Assembly: GCF_963506605.1 (NCBI RefSeq) | Contig: NC_083276.1 | Span: 76,942,001-77,006,000, forward strand | DNA length: 64,000 nt | Direction: 5' to 3' | Origin: Zootoca vivipara | Taxonomy: Eukaryota | Part shown: piece by piece, positions 12,512 to 26,200 of the stretch | How positions within the stretch are numbered: position 1 is the first letter of the stretch | How the letters are laid out: each line of letters starts with the position of its first letter | The notes under the pieces: generated by a model | Told to the model about the DNA's origin: nothing | The model's input: only the letters and a program-made list of their open reading frames with translations | Databases searched by the model: none | Program-made: the position numbers and the translations under genes

Positions 12512-13744
12512 GGTAAAAGGCTATGAAAGGTTGAGAATTGCTCCATTTATCCTCTAGACAGATCATATATTCGAAGGAGCCCCATTGGAACATTGGGTGA
12601 AAGTAGGCTGGCAGTACGCTCATTTCCTGCACCAATCAATATACAGTACACAAAGGGAAGTTCCAGGAGAATTCATGACGTTCTAGGAAACAGTCCCAAG
12701 TGAAGCCCACCATCTAGTCTGAGAATCACTTCCTCAAGTCAAAGTATTAGGATAGGTCCACACCATACAGCACATTTAAAACGCATGGCTTTCCCCAATG
12801 AATTATGGGAACCATGCTGGGAATTGTAGTTTTGTAAGGGCTAATCTACAATTCCCCAGATTCTCTGAGGGAAGCCATGTGATTTAGTGCAGATGTTTGG
12901 GTCTGGCTAATAGCTAAATGTGATCTCTTGGAGCCATTGGTCTTAGCAACTTTATGAAAGGGCAGGATACAAATATATCAGATAAATAAATAGACAACAA
13001 CTGTGAGAGAGATTTTTCACAGACATTCTGGTAATGCAACGAAGGAGGTAGTAGAAACTAGTTTATAGGTAGTTTTTGAAAAACAATTCTGTGCTTTGTT
13101 TCTCATATGACTGGTTAGGCCACTTTTTCTGGGATTGCATGTCACACAAATGCAATATGCCATGTGCACTAATTAAAATAAATATATTTGCTGTGTGGGC
13201 ACTGTCAGGCTTATATTATGCTTTAGGGAGCATCTTTCCTTGTTTAAATGCTTACGTTGCAAAATGTGTATACAATGTCACTCAACTACCTTGATTGTTC
13301 TTTTAATTAATTTCTTCTTTGCTTGTTATTTTTTAAGTAACGTATGCAGCACCCTAGAAGACATCATCCTTCTTGAAAGAGAATTCAGTCTAGAAATGCA
13401 TTTGGGTTGATCAGATGCCCTTCAGATGTTTGATCAGAAAAACAGGTGGAATTTTTCTCCCCATTGCAGTGCTCGGCTAGGACTGGCTTAAAGCTTTCTA
13501 CCTGCTCCAGTGCCACAATGTTACTTGCTGCAGATTCTACTGTTGCTAGCAAAGCTGGAGTGTTGGCAGGTCATGAAAAAGGGCTTGGGGAAGGCACTTT
13601 TGGCCTATTTGTTTGTACAATTTGCATACCGCTTAATCATTCACCACTAAGTGCAGTAAGACTAAAGATGAGTTAAATCAGAATTAAATTAAGAAGCCTG
13701 CTGGAATAAAAACAAAAGTACAGTATTTGGTTAGCACCAGAAGT

Positions 13745-14420
13745 TCAACCTCTACTGGACGTTCCACAAATTTGAATGCCCACAATACTGAATGCAAAGT
13801 TCTTTGTGGATATGAGCCGTGCATCCGAGTCATGGGGAACCAAAACAAGTGACTCCAAAGACCTCAGTGTTAGAGCAGGGATATAAGGGATCAGGCAGTT
13901 CTTCACATATCCTGGTCCCAAGATGCTAATACAAGAACCTTCAGTCTGGCCTTGTAGCATATGGGCAGCCAGTGCAAGAGTTATGTGGTGGTGATACTCT
14001 GCTCCTGTTAACAGTCTAGCTGCAGCATTTAACAACCACTAAAACCTGCAGACCAGGCCCAAGGATAGCCCCACATACAGCATATTGCAACAATTGAGGT
14101 TACCAATGAATGAATCATTGTGGCCATTCTATCCTTGTCCAAGAATTACCATAGTTGGCATACCAGCCCTAGCTGATAAAAAGAACTCCTAGCCACTGAG
14201 GGTAGTTGAGCCACTAAAAGCAACGACAGATCCAGCAACATCCCCAACATTCAAACCTGTTCTTTCAGAGGAAGTGCAACCCAATCCAGAACAGGCAACT
14301 GGCCAAACTCCCAGACATAAGAACCACCAACCCACAGTTCTTCCATCTTCCCAGGGTTTGGCCCACATCCACACCACCAGTGCGACCAAACAATGGTCCA
14401 GAACATTAAAGACTCAAATG
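13745..14420 (-). mobile_element. Old L2 LINE ORF2 fragment
   Basis: LNAAARLLTG...HIT..L.. motif, degenerate. Boundaries approximate. Confidence 0.75.
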
Positions 14421-14741
14421 GTATGGAGAAGTAGAGCTGCTTGGCTTGCTTAGCATTATGTCTGAACCTGAACTAACCAGACTCATTTCAAACTATCCAT
14501 GAGCTTTACAAACCATAAGCAGTAGACCAAGAAAAAAATCCAGGTTAAAGATTGTGGATCTCTGAAGTGCAGCTGTTTAGTCCAGGTTTATACATAATGC
14601 TAAGGCAGAGGAGTCCAGAACAGACCCAGTCCATAGCAGCTTCCTCCACTTGCCCAACTAGCTGGGCAGGTCTCATTTCTGATTTGTTGAAGTACTGAAG
14701 GCCACACTGAAAGTTGCTACAGAACTCTGTCTGCTTCTGTC

Positions 14742-14839
14742 GAAACAAAAAAGAAATCCTTCCAGTAGCACCTTAGAGACCAACTAAGTTTGTCATTGGT
14801 ATGAGCTTTTGTGTGCATACACACTTCTTCAGATACACA
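14742..14839 (-). mobile_element. Short retroposon, Penelope-like terminal fragment
   Basis: Matches 2624-2747; flanked by CTTCTGTC direct repeat. Confidence 0.7.
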
Positions 14840-17800
14840 CTTCTGTCTTCCAAGGATCAGCCTAACCCAAAGATTCTCTGGAGTTAATTCTCTCTGCAGA
14901 TTAAATGCAAAGGAGAAACATATACTGTACTGTAGTAAGTCTGTGAAAGGCTGATGGCCAGGTTGTGAAATTACTTCGCAATTGTTAAGAATTATATTTG
15001 TTTATAATGCTTACTGAATACACAAAATATGCATGGTGGCTCTGTTATTCAGATGATCTACAGATAATTTATGTATCTTGCACACAAAGTGCCTGTCCTC
15101 AAAAGCACCACCTAAACATTTAAATGCTGATACTGCACCTGGGATTCAATTCATATTCGAGTCCTGGTTTAAATTAAGTCTTGCTACCTTGTGAAAGTAA
15201 GTTTGCCTAAACAACCTTCCAATTGGTTACCTGGTCTGACATCCACAAAGCTGCTTCTGAATTTTTAACTTTGTTGCTCCCTGGCCATGCCTTCTGGTTT
15301 ATTCCATGACCCTGGTGACCTGGCGATGGACCACCTCAGCCCCCACACCCTTCTTTCTCATCCCTTTGGCCTGATAATTGAGTAAACAAATCTTTTAGGG
15401 AAAGGTAGGCTCCTTCTTACTGCTACTTAAGTGTAACTAGAGCACCACAGATACTTTTCAGAGACAGGAAGAAACTACAGCTCTCATTGATCTTAGCAGA
15501 GAAGTGTTTGATCAGCACTTGTAAAAAAAAACCCCACAAACACAAAAGCCCCAGGTGCTCATCACCTGCAGTTGCACAATGTTATCAGTAAATGGGTCCT
15601 TTTGTTCATATTTACCCACTCATTGAGGGGCTAAGGGGTAAAGAATAGGATTTCAAATTATTTTGGATACATCAGAACATTTTATTTTTTTAAAATTGCT
15701 TTTAGTATTCCTGCCAATTCATAGCTTAAGTAGAATTTATCCTATCTCGCTCCCCTTTCTGGGTTTTGTAAGGGTTTTTCTCTTCTTGAAAAGTAATCAT
15801 AATTCCATGCACTATGTATAAGTTTATTCATCTGGACAATTAAATGCCGACATTATCTTACTGCAAAGATATAAATGGAAAGTTTTATGTATGTATTTAT
15901 TTTAAATGTCCCTAAACATACGGTATATCTTGAACTTGGGAATTTACTGCATGATTTGTTTAAGCTTTGAGAAACTGTAGGCAACTGACTGCAGTTTTTT
16001 CCTCACCCAGGCCCCAGCAGCAGCAGAAAAAAGGAAGACGGAGAAAAAGCAGGTAAGTTACATTGTATGGTGGACTCCTGGCTCATCACACACAGAAGAT
16101 ATTCTTACAAGGAAGTTTCTCTTTCTGGACAAGGCTCGTATCAATGGGTGATTGTCAAAAGCTGTGTAGCATGTTGACACTGACCTTCTCCTACTGGCAA
16201 AAGTCCCATGGCTGCTGCAGCCTATTGTCAAAAGTGATGATGTTGACCCTGGGTGTTACAATGCACATTGCAACTTGCACTCACCGTGCAGCAAACTAGA
16301 TGACCCCCAGGGTCCCTTCCAAGGCTATGATTCCATTTTATGAAATATGGGGAGCAAAAGGCAGCCAGCTCACAGGTATATTTTCTTTAACACCATCCCA
16401 ACTGCAGAGACGCTTTCATTGCTAAAGCTCTGTATAGCACCATGAAAACGGATGGCGTTGCATGGATAACTTTGTTTTACATGCTCACGTTGAAAACACA
16501 AGGACTATTTCATGGTAGTCTCTACTGTGAGAAAACCCAGAGGTTTGATCCAAGAGCCGATGAAGTTACATAGAATACCATTTTCAGCTCACACATTTCT
16601 TTTGTGGAGTGATCCCATGCATGCCTAAACAAATATATATTGCAAGGGAATCATAATAAGACCCCTAGATTTCTGTTGGTTTGTCCTACTTATATACTGG
16701 GATTTCTTCGAAACGTTATGCTTTAACAAATTGAGTGAATGAGAACCTTTTCAAAGGTTACTCTTTGGAGGCAAACAGCTATGTTGAAAGAGGGCCTAGG
16801 GCTGCAATCCTATATCCACAAACCTGTGAATAAGCACTACTGAAATCAACAGGCCTTACTTCTAAGCATAGATGTATAGAATGGTCATGTGAGACTTTAA
16901 GTGGAAGCATACAAAGAATTGCAATGTAAAAGGAATGTTTTACAGTGCATTTTCAGTGAGGCTTACTCCCAGGTAAGTGGGGTTAGCAGCCTTTGACATT
17001 AAATGCAATAAGGTCACCACTTTCAGTGAAGCTTGTTTTCACTTAGATGTGTTTAGGATTGTAGCCTGTGCTATAAAACCAGTTTGTGAAGAAAAACAAA
17101 GCTGAAGCAACAGAGCTGGTAACAATCCACTCCCCCACACAGCCCACCAGTGTTGGTTTTTCACAGGTACCAACCAGCATGCATTCCCACCGCCCCCCTT
17201 CCTGGGACATAGCAGGATTCATTATGTTACTGAGTATGGGAATGCAAACAGCTTCAGTGTGTCTGCCTGCAAGGAAGCTGATGACCTTAGCCATCTGGAT
17301 CTTTCAAGCAGTTAGCAATGCAGTCACACTAATTTAGTTAACGTTTTTAAAAGACTCTCCAGGAGAAGCTTCCTCCTTCCCAGGGGCACTGACAACAGTG
17401 ACCCACTGACCCTCTCTTGTACAGTTAGGTTCAAAAGCATAAAGCTGCAGCTGTTCAGAGTTTTTCTTCCCTCCCCAGTGACAGTGTTATGGGAGGACTA
17501 GGGCTACTGGAACAGTGTTACTGTTTATCTAGCACTGACCTCTCTTCTCCAAACATGAAGAAGCCACCAGCACAGCACAGCACAGCACAGCACAAGCCTG
17601 TCTCGGCACTTGCTTACATACCTTCCCTGATTCTTAAAATGCTTCTCTGCTCTCAAGTTCTAGTACCGAGTCCTGCATAAGGATAGAGTTGATCATTCAG
17701 ATCCTGGGTGTGTATCCCAGAAGTGAGCCATGAGAAATGCTGCCTGTTTTGAAGCTGTACTGTGCCACAAAACTTTACAAAAGCATGCTGTGTTGCGGTA

Positions 17801-17993
17801 CTGCATACTAAATCCTTCTTAAGGGGCTTTTAATAGAACAGGCCTCTCATACTTGCCTAGTGTGGTTTAGTCCCATGGGCTGGCCCTCTCTTAAGCCTAA
17901 ACAGCAGCAACTGCTTATAAATCTGCCTGTCTCTACTGACTGCTGACCTGAGATTGGAAAAACCAAAGTACTCCATCCCTGGAACCCATAGGT

Positions 17994-18129
17994 CAGGCAT
18001 AGGCAACCTTGGCTCTCTAGATGTTTTGGAACTACAACTCCCATGATCCCTGACCACTGGCCCTGTTAGCTAGGGATCATGGGAGTTGTAGTTCTAAAAC
18101 ATCTGGAGAGCCAAGGTTGCCTATGTCTG
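17994..18129. mobile_element. Palindromic hAT MITE
   Basis: Near-perfect foldback; perfect 8-bp TSD CCATAGGT (17986-17993, 18130-18137). Confidence 0.92.
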
Positions 18130-18284
18130 CCATAGGTAAAAAGAGAGTATTATACCATCCAACCATCCAGGATTTTTGTTAGGGGGGGACCAGGACTTTT
18201 GTTAGGGGGGCCAGAACTTATGTGATCAGTCAGTTAAGTATTTCTATTGTTTTACTTGATCTAGGGGGGCAGCTGCCCCCCGGC

Positions 18285-18374
18285 CATAGCTGCCAAGTTA
18301 TCCCTTTTTTTAAGGGATTTTCCCTTATGCTGAATAGGCTTCCTCGCGAGAAAAGGGAAAACTTGGCAGCTATG
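18285..18374. mobile_element. 90-bp hAT-type MITE nested in an older repeat
   Basis: TIR CATAGCTGCCAAGTT; 8-bp TSD CCCCCGGC; near-identical copy at 42821-42910. The host repeat is related to 21454-21555. Confidence 0.92.
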
Positions 18375-21358
18375 CCCCCGGCTACGCCCATGCACCCAGC
18401 GTTGTTTGCTGCCCACCTCTTGTGCTAACGAAGCAGAATGAGTACTATTCCAATCCTTAAAGCTTCTGTAGCATTAATGGACAAGTACACAGCAGTGAAC
18501 CAGGAAATCTTGAAGGCCCATCTCACCTTCGCTATGAACTCATTAAGTAGATTTAGTCAAGCCTCTCTCATATTCAGTCCAACTCCATCTGCAATCAAGA
18601 ATAAGAATACTAAGTTTTCTGGGTTGTTGTAACTTTTGGAAAACTACTGGAGGACACTTCTCTTAGCTCTTCTAGTGTGGGTGTCTGTTTTATTCTTCTC
18701 ACCCATCAGCCTATTAGTCGGTTGGAACAGCTGGAAAGCCACCTGCCATGTTGTATTGGGAACAGTGGTTCCCAACTGGTGGTACGTGTAGCCCACCCAG
18801 GGGGTCCATGGCACCGTTGACATAACAAAAAGGTATTCTTTTTTCCCAAATACAGAAGTTAGTCTCAAACATGCAGTATATGCTTAATCTTGGCAACAGA
18901 AATCCCAGACTCCACCTTTTAAAGCAGCTAGTAATTATTTACAACAGGATTCATCTAATGAGGCCCATCAGTGAAAGCAGTGCACAGAGACTTCCGCTTA
19001 TGCAATGGAGCTTTTCCCTCCTCACCTTCCTATGTGCCTTTGTGCTTCCAAAACTGGATGGGGGTGGAATCCTCCATAACAAAACGGGGGTGGAAGGGAT
19101 GGTTCCACTGGGCACGATAATATGGAACATTCAACACCACACAATTCTGAATTTGTTCCTGAGTTTCTAAATACCTTGTATCATCAAAAGAGTTTTCAAA
19201 ATGGTTTGCATATAACATTTTAATATAATAAAGCACATTATTGAAAGAGTCGTACAAACTAAAACAGAATCTTAAAAAGTCAGCAATCTAATATCTTAGC
19301 TCCCTAAAGCGTGAAAGAATACACAAAGTTTTTTAACCTGTCTCTGAAAACAGAAGGAGGATGTAAAATGACCTACCTACCCAAGGAAGGCATTCTCTAA
19401 ATCCAGGGCCACCACAAAATAGTAATACTGAAATAAAGAAATTGTACCTGACTGATTGTAAAGCTTGGGGGGGGGTGTATTATAAGGGTAAAGGAGAAAC
19501 TAAGATCTGGTAGCCAATAAAGCTGTTTCAAAACTGGCACAATATTTTAATGCTGCCTCTGCCTAACAACAATTGGCCACCTGCATTCAGAAGTACATAG
19601 ATCATTGTTGAACACTGATCCCAGAGAGGTTTGCTGGTGCCCTGCTTTATTTTGGTGTCAGGCACAGATCTTTTTAATTTTCCAGGATGTTTTAGATGAA
19701 GTTTTAATCCTACTAGTTGTTTTATGCTGCTTCTCTAATGTTGTAGCTTTTAGCTTATTTTTGTTTGTTTGTTTACATTTTTAAAAGTCTTTATGTAAAC
19801 TGCCCTGGGAGTATGATTGAAGTACAGTATAAAAATATTATAAATATTAGAGAGAACCGATCTGAAAGATGCCTAGGGAATGGCATTTACCATTTAATTT
19901 GCTGGTCCTATTTTCTGTTTCTTGACACTGGATCTAATAGTAATGAAACTGTGTATTGTGAGCTTATGTAAACAACCAAATGGTTCTGGTAATTCCAAAA
20001 TACACTTATGAGAAGCATCAATACTTTTTGCAACATAAAAGCAACAGCAAAAAACCAAGTTCCAAAGAAATAAAGTAAATTCCAGGAATAGGGTAAAAAA
20101 CACCAATATCTGATGAATGTTAGGAAAAGAATAAAATGAGAATACGCTGCCCTAAATGTAACTGTACTGTTTCTCACCTCCTGCCCCCTTTACGGTAGCT
20201 TCAGTCTGTGCTTTGGGTGCTACTCAGTGATGTCATGTTTTACAGACCTAGTTAATAGCCTCTGAAATGATGGCCTACACCCTGTGTTTATGTTTGATTC
20301 ATTCTTTCAAATTGCTGCATGAAAGGACAGGTTATTATTATTTCTGTGGAAGGGGGAATTAGTTGCCTAAAGTCAACCAGAAATTTGGGACAGGGGAAAG
20401 AATTTTTTCACTCTTCTGTTCCTTAACTCCTCCTTACCTTTAAAGCCCTAAATGGCTTGGGACCTAGATATCTGAAGCGCCTGCTCGCATACCAATCTTG
20501 CACAAATTGTAGTTTGTTTTGAAGTTGTGAAGAATTACCGGTATCTGCTGTTTTCTTGTCTTTTGTCTTATGTGTTGTATGTTGTACACCTTGTAATCTG
20601 ATATTATTATGAAGAATTATAAAAAATGTTCAAAACAAACAAGCTCTAGAGATGAGAGAAAGTGATGACAAACATGCCAGTCGAGTTGCTGTCGAATTCG
20701 GCTCCAGATAGAATCTGGCAGTGAAACAGCAGTTCTATTCATGATGTTGTGGCAAAACAAACAAACTGGCACTTACTAGAATCCAGTACTGTTCTATCAA
20801 AAGACATCCATGTCATGCTAAGTGCTGCATATGTACAGGGAGGCTTCTTTACCGATGTGGCAATGTTATGTTGGCAAAGAGGCCTGAAGTACAGGACTGA
20901 GGCGAGATTGCAGAGCTGTGCGCCACACACATTCAGGAAGGCTTTGCATGGCCTAGGATGATCTTCACTCTCACTGGACATGTGCAGAGCCCACCAGAGC
21001 ATTGCATGTCAATGTTGGTAATGTCACCATTTACCAGTTGCCAGAATTCTCTGCGCATCTTCACTGATGCTTAGCACTCCTTTACAGATCCTGGAATAGT
21101 AATTACAGAATCTCGCTGAGCTTTGGATCAAATATAGGAGTTGGTGTAGAATTAATTAGAATAAAAATCTGGTTCTGACAAAAACTTTGTCCAGTGCAGA
21201 ATCTGCCTACTTGTAATTAACATTCATAAGGTCAGATAAAGTGAAGGAGAAGGCACCAGGTGATGCCTTGATACAGAGACCAGGTATTGCTTTCAAGTAC
21301 TTCAGTGAGAGGACTCAGTAAGTTGCAAAAAGACTGATTTGCTGGGGTCCTTTCAACA

Positions 21359-21452
21359 ATTCTTCTTCTTCTTCTTCTTCTTCTTCTTCTTCTTCTTCTT
21401 CTTCTTCTTCTTCTTCTTCTTCTTCTTCTTCTTCTTCTTCTTCTTCTTCTTC
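21359..21452. repeat. (TTC)n microsatellite, ~31 units
   Basis: Perfect triplet run. Confidence 0.98.
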
Positions 21453-21568
21453 CATTGGCATAGCCAGGGGGGCAGCTGCCCCCTAAATCAAGTAAATAAA
21501 TAAAAATACTTGACTACTGTAATTGACCACAAATAACTTGGTTCTACCCCCTAAAACATGGAAGTGTA

Positions 21569-21934
21569 AAAAGGTAAAGGTAAAGGACCCCTGACAGTTA
21601 AGTCCAGTAACAAACGACTCTGGGGTTGTGGTGCTCATCTCGCTTTACTGGCCGAGGGAGTCGACGTTTGTCCGCAGACATTTTTTCCGGGTCATGTGGC
21701 CAGCATGACTAAGCCGCTTCCGGTGAACCAGAGCAGTGCACGGAAATGCTGTTTACCTTCCCGCTGTTTACCTATTTATCTACTTGCACTTTGACGTGCT
21801 TTCAAACTGCTAGGTTGGCAGGAGCTGGGACCGAGCAACAGGAGCTCACTCCGTCGCAGGGATTCAAACCACCGACCTTCTGATCGGCAAGCCCTAGGCT
21901 CTGTGGTTTAACCCACAGCGCCACCCGCGTCCCT
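21569..21934 (-). mobile_element. Sauria SINE (Squam1)
   Basis: Reverse complement of 11011-11370; TSD CATGGAAGTGTA/CATGAAAGTGTA. Confidence 0.93.
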
Positions 21935-22944
21935 CATGAAAGTGTAGGCACCCTGAAAATGTTTCTGGCACAGAAGATGTACTTCCCTCAAGAATGGAAG
22001 AGGACAGGGGCTCTAGAGGGATCATAAGACCTGAACTCTTGTGATGAAGCTGCAATGGCTGAATTATTCTCACACTTCCAAAAGGAGCAATGCACTGTTG
22101 CAACTCTGAGAGATGTTACATGCATTGTATTTTTTTCAGTACATAAATGAAACATTCATTATCTACATACACCTAGGTGTGAACCTAATAAATTGCACAA
22201 CTATGTAACATTCAGACAGAAGCAAGGTCAAGGAGCCAGGACTGGCAGTGGCTTCCTGCCAGCTCAAATCTAAACTACACATGACTATGGAAGATTCATG
22301 TCTTTAAACATGGATCTACCTTTTTAAAAATGTAAAGCAGGGATAAGGAGATGGAGCTGCTTAGAATCCATTTTAACAGCATTTCCATCCAAAAGCAGCT
22401 TAATCCATCATTAACTTAAGCATCTGTCTGACAGGTAGAGTGGCTTGGGACAATTATTTTCCAGCCTTGCTGAATGCATAATATGAAAATAAAGGATGTA
22501 ATAAATACACAGCATTCATGATAGATACCCCAGGGCATAGGACAATGTTATTCTCACAAAGAGCTGGTGTTTGTCTCCCTGTCGCATTTGGATGAGCAAT
22601 CAAAAGAGAAGGAACAAGCACAAGATGCCATTGCTTACTTTTAGTCACATCTTCAAAAGCTTTTGTGCATGTATAATCAGCAAAACAAAGTAGAAGAAGA
22701 GGAAGAAATAGGTTAAGACCACAATCCAGGGGGCTGTTTTAGGTGGGGAACCATTATACTCAACAGAGGAGGGCTTAGTTGTTGACCTGTTGTGAAGATT
22801 TCACTGCTTCACAGAAATCTCGTTCCAACAAAGGAAATAGTCAGGCAAAGAATAAACATTGATTAAAAATCTATAAATGCTCCCCCTGATCACAAGATGA
22901 AGCAGAAGACTAGTTCTTATTATAATTTCCTTTCTACAAAAGGA

Positions 22945-23270
22945 CAGCACGGGTGTGGAACCTTTTTCTGTTCAAGGGCCATATTCATCTCTGGGTAATC
23001 TTCCAGGGGCCATATGCCATTGGGTGGGACCAAAAGCATAAAATGCAAATTTTAACTTTACACAGCAGGCTAGTTCCTACACATCCACCCACCCCTCTGT
23101 GCCCTCCAGCCATGCAAGTGACTGGCATTAACAGAGTTTAAGGATATATTCCAGCCAGACAGAACTATTCAAGAATGGTGCAAAGGCAAGTCAGTGAGGG
23201 GTGTGGTCTGAGGAAGAGTCCTACAGGCCATCAAGAGAGACCAGGAAAGCTACATTTGGCTACCCACTCC
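22945..23270. mobile_element. Old hAT/Charlie-like non-autonomous element
   Basis: GAACCTTTTT...AAGGGCCATATT start; degenerate relative at ~62995-63430. Confidence 0.5.
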
Positions 23271-23290
23271 TAGGATAGCAGATTTTAGAT

Positions 23291-26200
23291 TCAGAATAAG
23301 AATTTGGGAATTAATTTATCATGCACTTTCATTTCTTCTGGAAGCCACTGGGTACGGTAATCTAAGTTTTTCCGGAAAAACTTCTCAAGCATGCTTGAGC
23401 ATGGAGCAGAAGGCAAGGGAACCTGCTGGGACTTGAAGCACAGTAGAAATGGAGGTTTCAGATGCAAAAGGTGGAGTTTCAACATGGTTTTGAAGATGAC
23501 TTGTTCTGCTGTTGGCACTGCATGTTTACCATGAAAATATGCATTTCCTATTACAGATGGAGCAAAATGCCATGCAGTTGTGAAGAAGCAGCTGATCGCC
23601 ACTCAGTTTGAATTTACTTCTGAGTAAACATGCATAGTGTCAAACCTTCAGGCCAACAATCCTGCATTATCAAGACTTTAATTTGGTTTGGCGGGGGGTT
23701 GCCTTCTGTTGTACAGGTAGTTTCACAGGTGCTCAGTTTTTTTAAAAAGGCACATTTAAACATTTTTTGCATCCGTTGACAAAAGTGTATAGAACTATCA
23801 GAGTGAATAAAGAATGCAGCCATCACATTGAAATACCCAAATAGGCATTCTGTTAAAAATAATGTATTTCAATGCATATCAAAATGTTGATGTTTCTCTT
23901 AAATCACTTTACTCCCACTGGGATGCATATTTGGGTAAATGTGGCAGTGCAAAGGAGAATTGGCCTGGTTGGTACAGCAATGGAGACATCCTTTCCCCCT
24001 CACCCAATGTGCCAGAAGTTTATGAGAACAATGGCTGCAAACAGGTGTAGGGGGGAAGCTTGAAAAAGTGGAAGGTTAGGAATTTTTCAATAACACTTTT
24101 ATATTAAACATCAGGAAGAACTTTCTGACAGTAAGAGCTGTTCCACAGTGGAATGGACTTGCTCGGAAGGCTGTAGATTCCCATTCATTGGAGGTTTTTA
24201 AGCAGAGGTTGGATGGCCATTTGTCATTAATGCTTTGGTTGAGATGCCAGCATTGCAGGGGGTTGGACTAGATGACCCTTGGTACTCCTTCCAACTGCCC
24301 TTGAAAAATTAAAACAATTGGTAACTACATTTTGTGCGCTCATTTGCTACTACTATTACAGGATTACAATCCTGAAGTTCCAGGCTTCTCATATCTATTT
24401 CTGAGCTTGAAAAATCTATTTGCTGAAGGCAAACAGGATTGCACTGGAAGAAACATCTATGGAATTGAGAAATAATTCCCCAGTGAAATTAAGTCAATAG
24501 CTCTCGGAGTTTGAGGCAAAGATAAGCATTGGCCAATCATCGCTTAAAGGTTTAACAATGATTGCTTTGCTCTACCAGTAAATGTGGACACAATTGCATA
24601 TACTTTCATCAGATCTTTAGTGTTGCTTTCAAATGTTATAATGTCAGTACAGTACACCTTTTTTTGCTAATGTTCAATTAACCAGGTCTTCAATCCACTA
24701 GTTCATCATTAGCAACTATACCCTTATCTTTCAAATCACTGCACCCTAATCAACCTTGCTACAGATTTACACTGCCATGAATAATAAATAGCATATATCA
24801 CTATTAAACTCTGTGAGAGGAAATTTACTACTAGCCCTGCCTTTATTGCAGTAATTACTTGTAGGAGTAATTTATATCAACCCAACAATCTAGTGCAGTG
24901 CAGGATTGCAGATAACGATCTTCATTTCACCGGAATTAAATCAAGTCCAATTACTGATCAATAGTATTTTACTACATACATCACAAGGAAAGAAAAGTAG
25001 GCAAAGGTTGTTGTAGCACCTTATTTTGTTTCACATGATTCTCCACTGGTTATAGCTCACTTCACCCACTAGCATAGCATGGGGGGGCAGGGGGGCCATG
25101 GCCCTGGGCACAGGAGCTTGGGGGGCACGAACCAGGAGCCCCCGCATGTGCCCAGCATGCAAGCACCTGCCCATTAACGGCGGGGACTGGGTGAGTGTGG
25201 AGGGCTGTAACCAAGCCCAAGCACATGTAACTGCCAGCAGATCCACACCATACATTTAAGCACATTCAATGTACATGATTTCCATCAGCGAATCCTGGTA
25301 ACTGCAGCTTGTTAAGAGTTCTGGGAACTGTAGTTTTGTGAGGGGCAAACTAAGGTACAATTCCCACAGTTCGGGGGGTGTGTGTGTGTCACATGCTTTA
25401 AATATGTGTTGTGCTTTAAATCTATGGTGTGAATCTGTCCTTAATTAGGTATGTATTCTTTCCTTGTTTACCTCTGCCTCCGTGTACCTCAATTTCCATT
25501 GTTGTTTTGCATATTGAATTTTAGATAGCAAGTTCCTCAGGGCAGGGACCTATACACTTTTATCCTGTAAAAAACCTATGCACACTGAGCAATCTTCAGC
25601 TGTTGGGTCATAAGTCATGACCCAGAAGTGGGCTGCAATCTGACAAAAGTTTTATGCATCTATGTTTTTCACACCAATTTCTATTTTTTTCTAGGCTTTG
25701 ATACTGATTTCTGGCAAAGGGGGAAAGCCATGCATTATGTTTGTGTGTGCAATGTCATCTAAGGTGGTGGTTTTTGGACACATATACATCAGCAGCTAGT
25801 GCAAAAGGGCTGGCTAGGCTGCATAAGGATGAAACAGAAAAGGGCTGAGAGAAAAAATAAGAGGAGTAAACTTAATAGTGGGTCCCATGTCAAAGGTTGG
25901 ATTAAAGTTAGTAGGTATACAAAAGATTAAAGTCACTAATATATAAAACACACCCAACCCCGCCATCAGCAATGGACTTCTTCCAGAATGGTTGTACTCA
26001 ACACAGAGAATTGTCCTCAGCATCTGGAAATGTACATTATAGTCTTTTTCTGCAGCAAAGAGAAAAAATAAATAAAATGCAGCCTGATCTATATGGCATT
26101 GTAAATTAATTATCCTTGATCATCAAAGCCAGAAAATGCTCTCATCAGCCCATGAACCAACCACCTAGAGAAGAAGCTCTGGAACCAATCTAGGCTATTA

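Larger units (their letters stand above)
10771..19971 (+). ncRNA. Candidate exons of a divergent spliced transcript (lncRNA or small protein): 10771-10919, 14900-14934, 15053-15196, 16011-16052, 19941-(~20.1 kb)
   Basis: Co-oriented AG/GT-bounded segments with pyrimidine tracts (e.g. TTTTTTCCTCACCCAG|...CAG|GTAAGT at 16011-16052); AATAAA near 20068 and 20129. No single long ORF links all of them. Confidence 0.3.

Noticed and set aside
20640-21130. Non-repetitive stretch that looks coding-like
   Set aside because: Stops in all plus-strand frames, no recognisable domain and no convincing splice pair; a decayed TE or pseudogene cannot be excluded.
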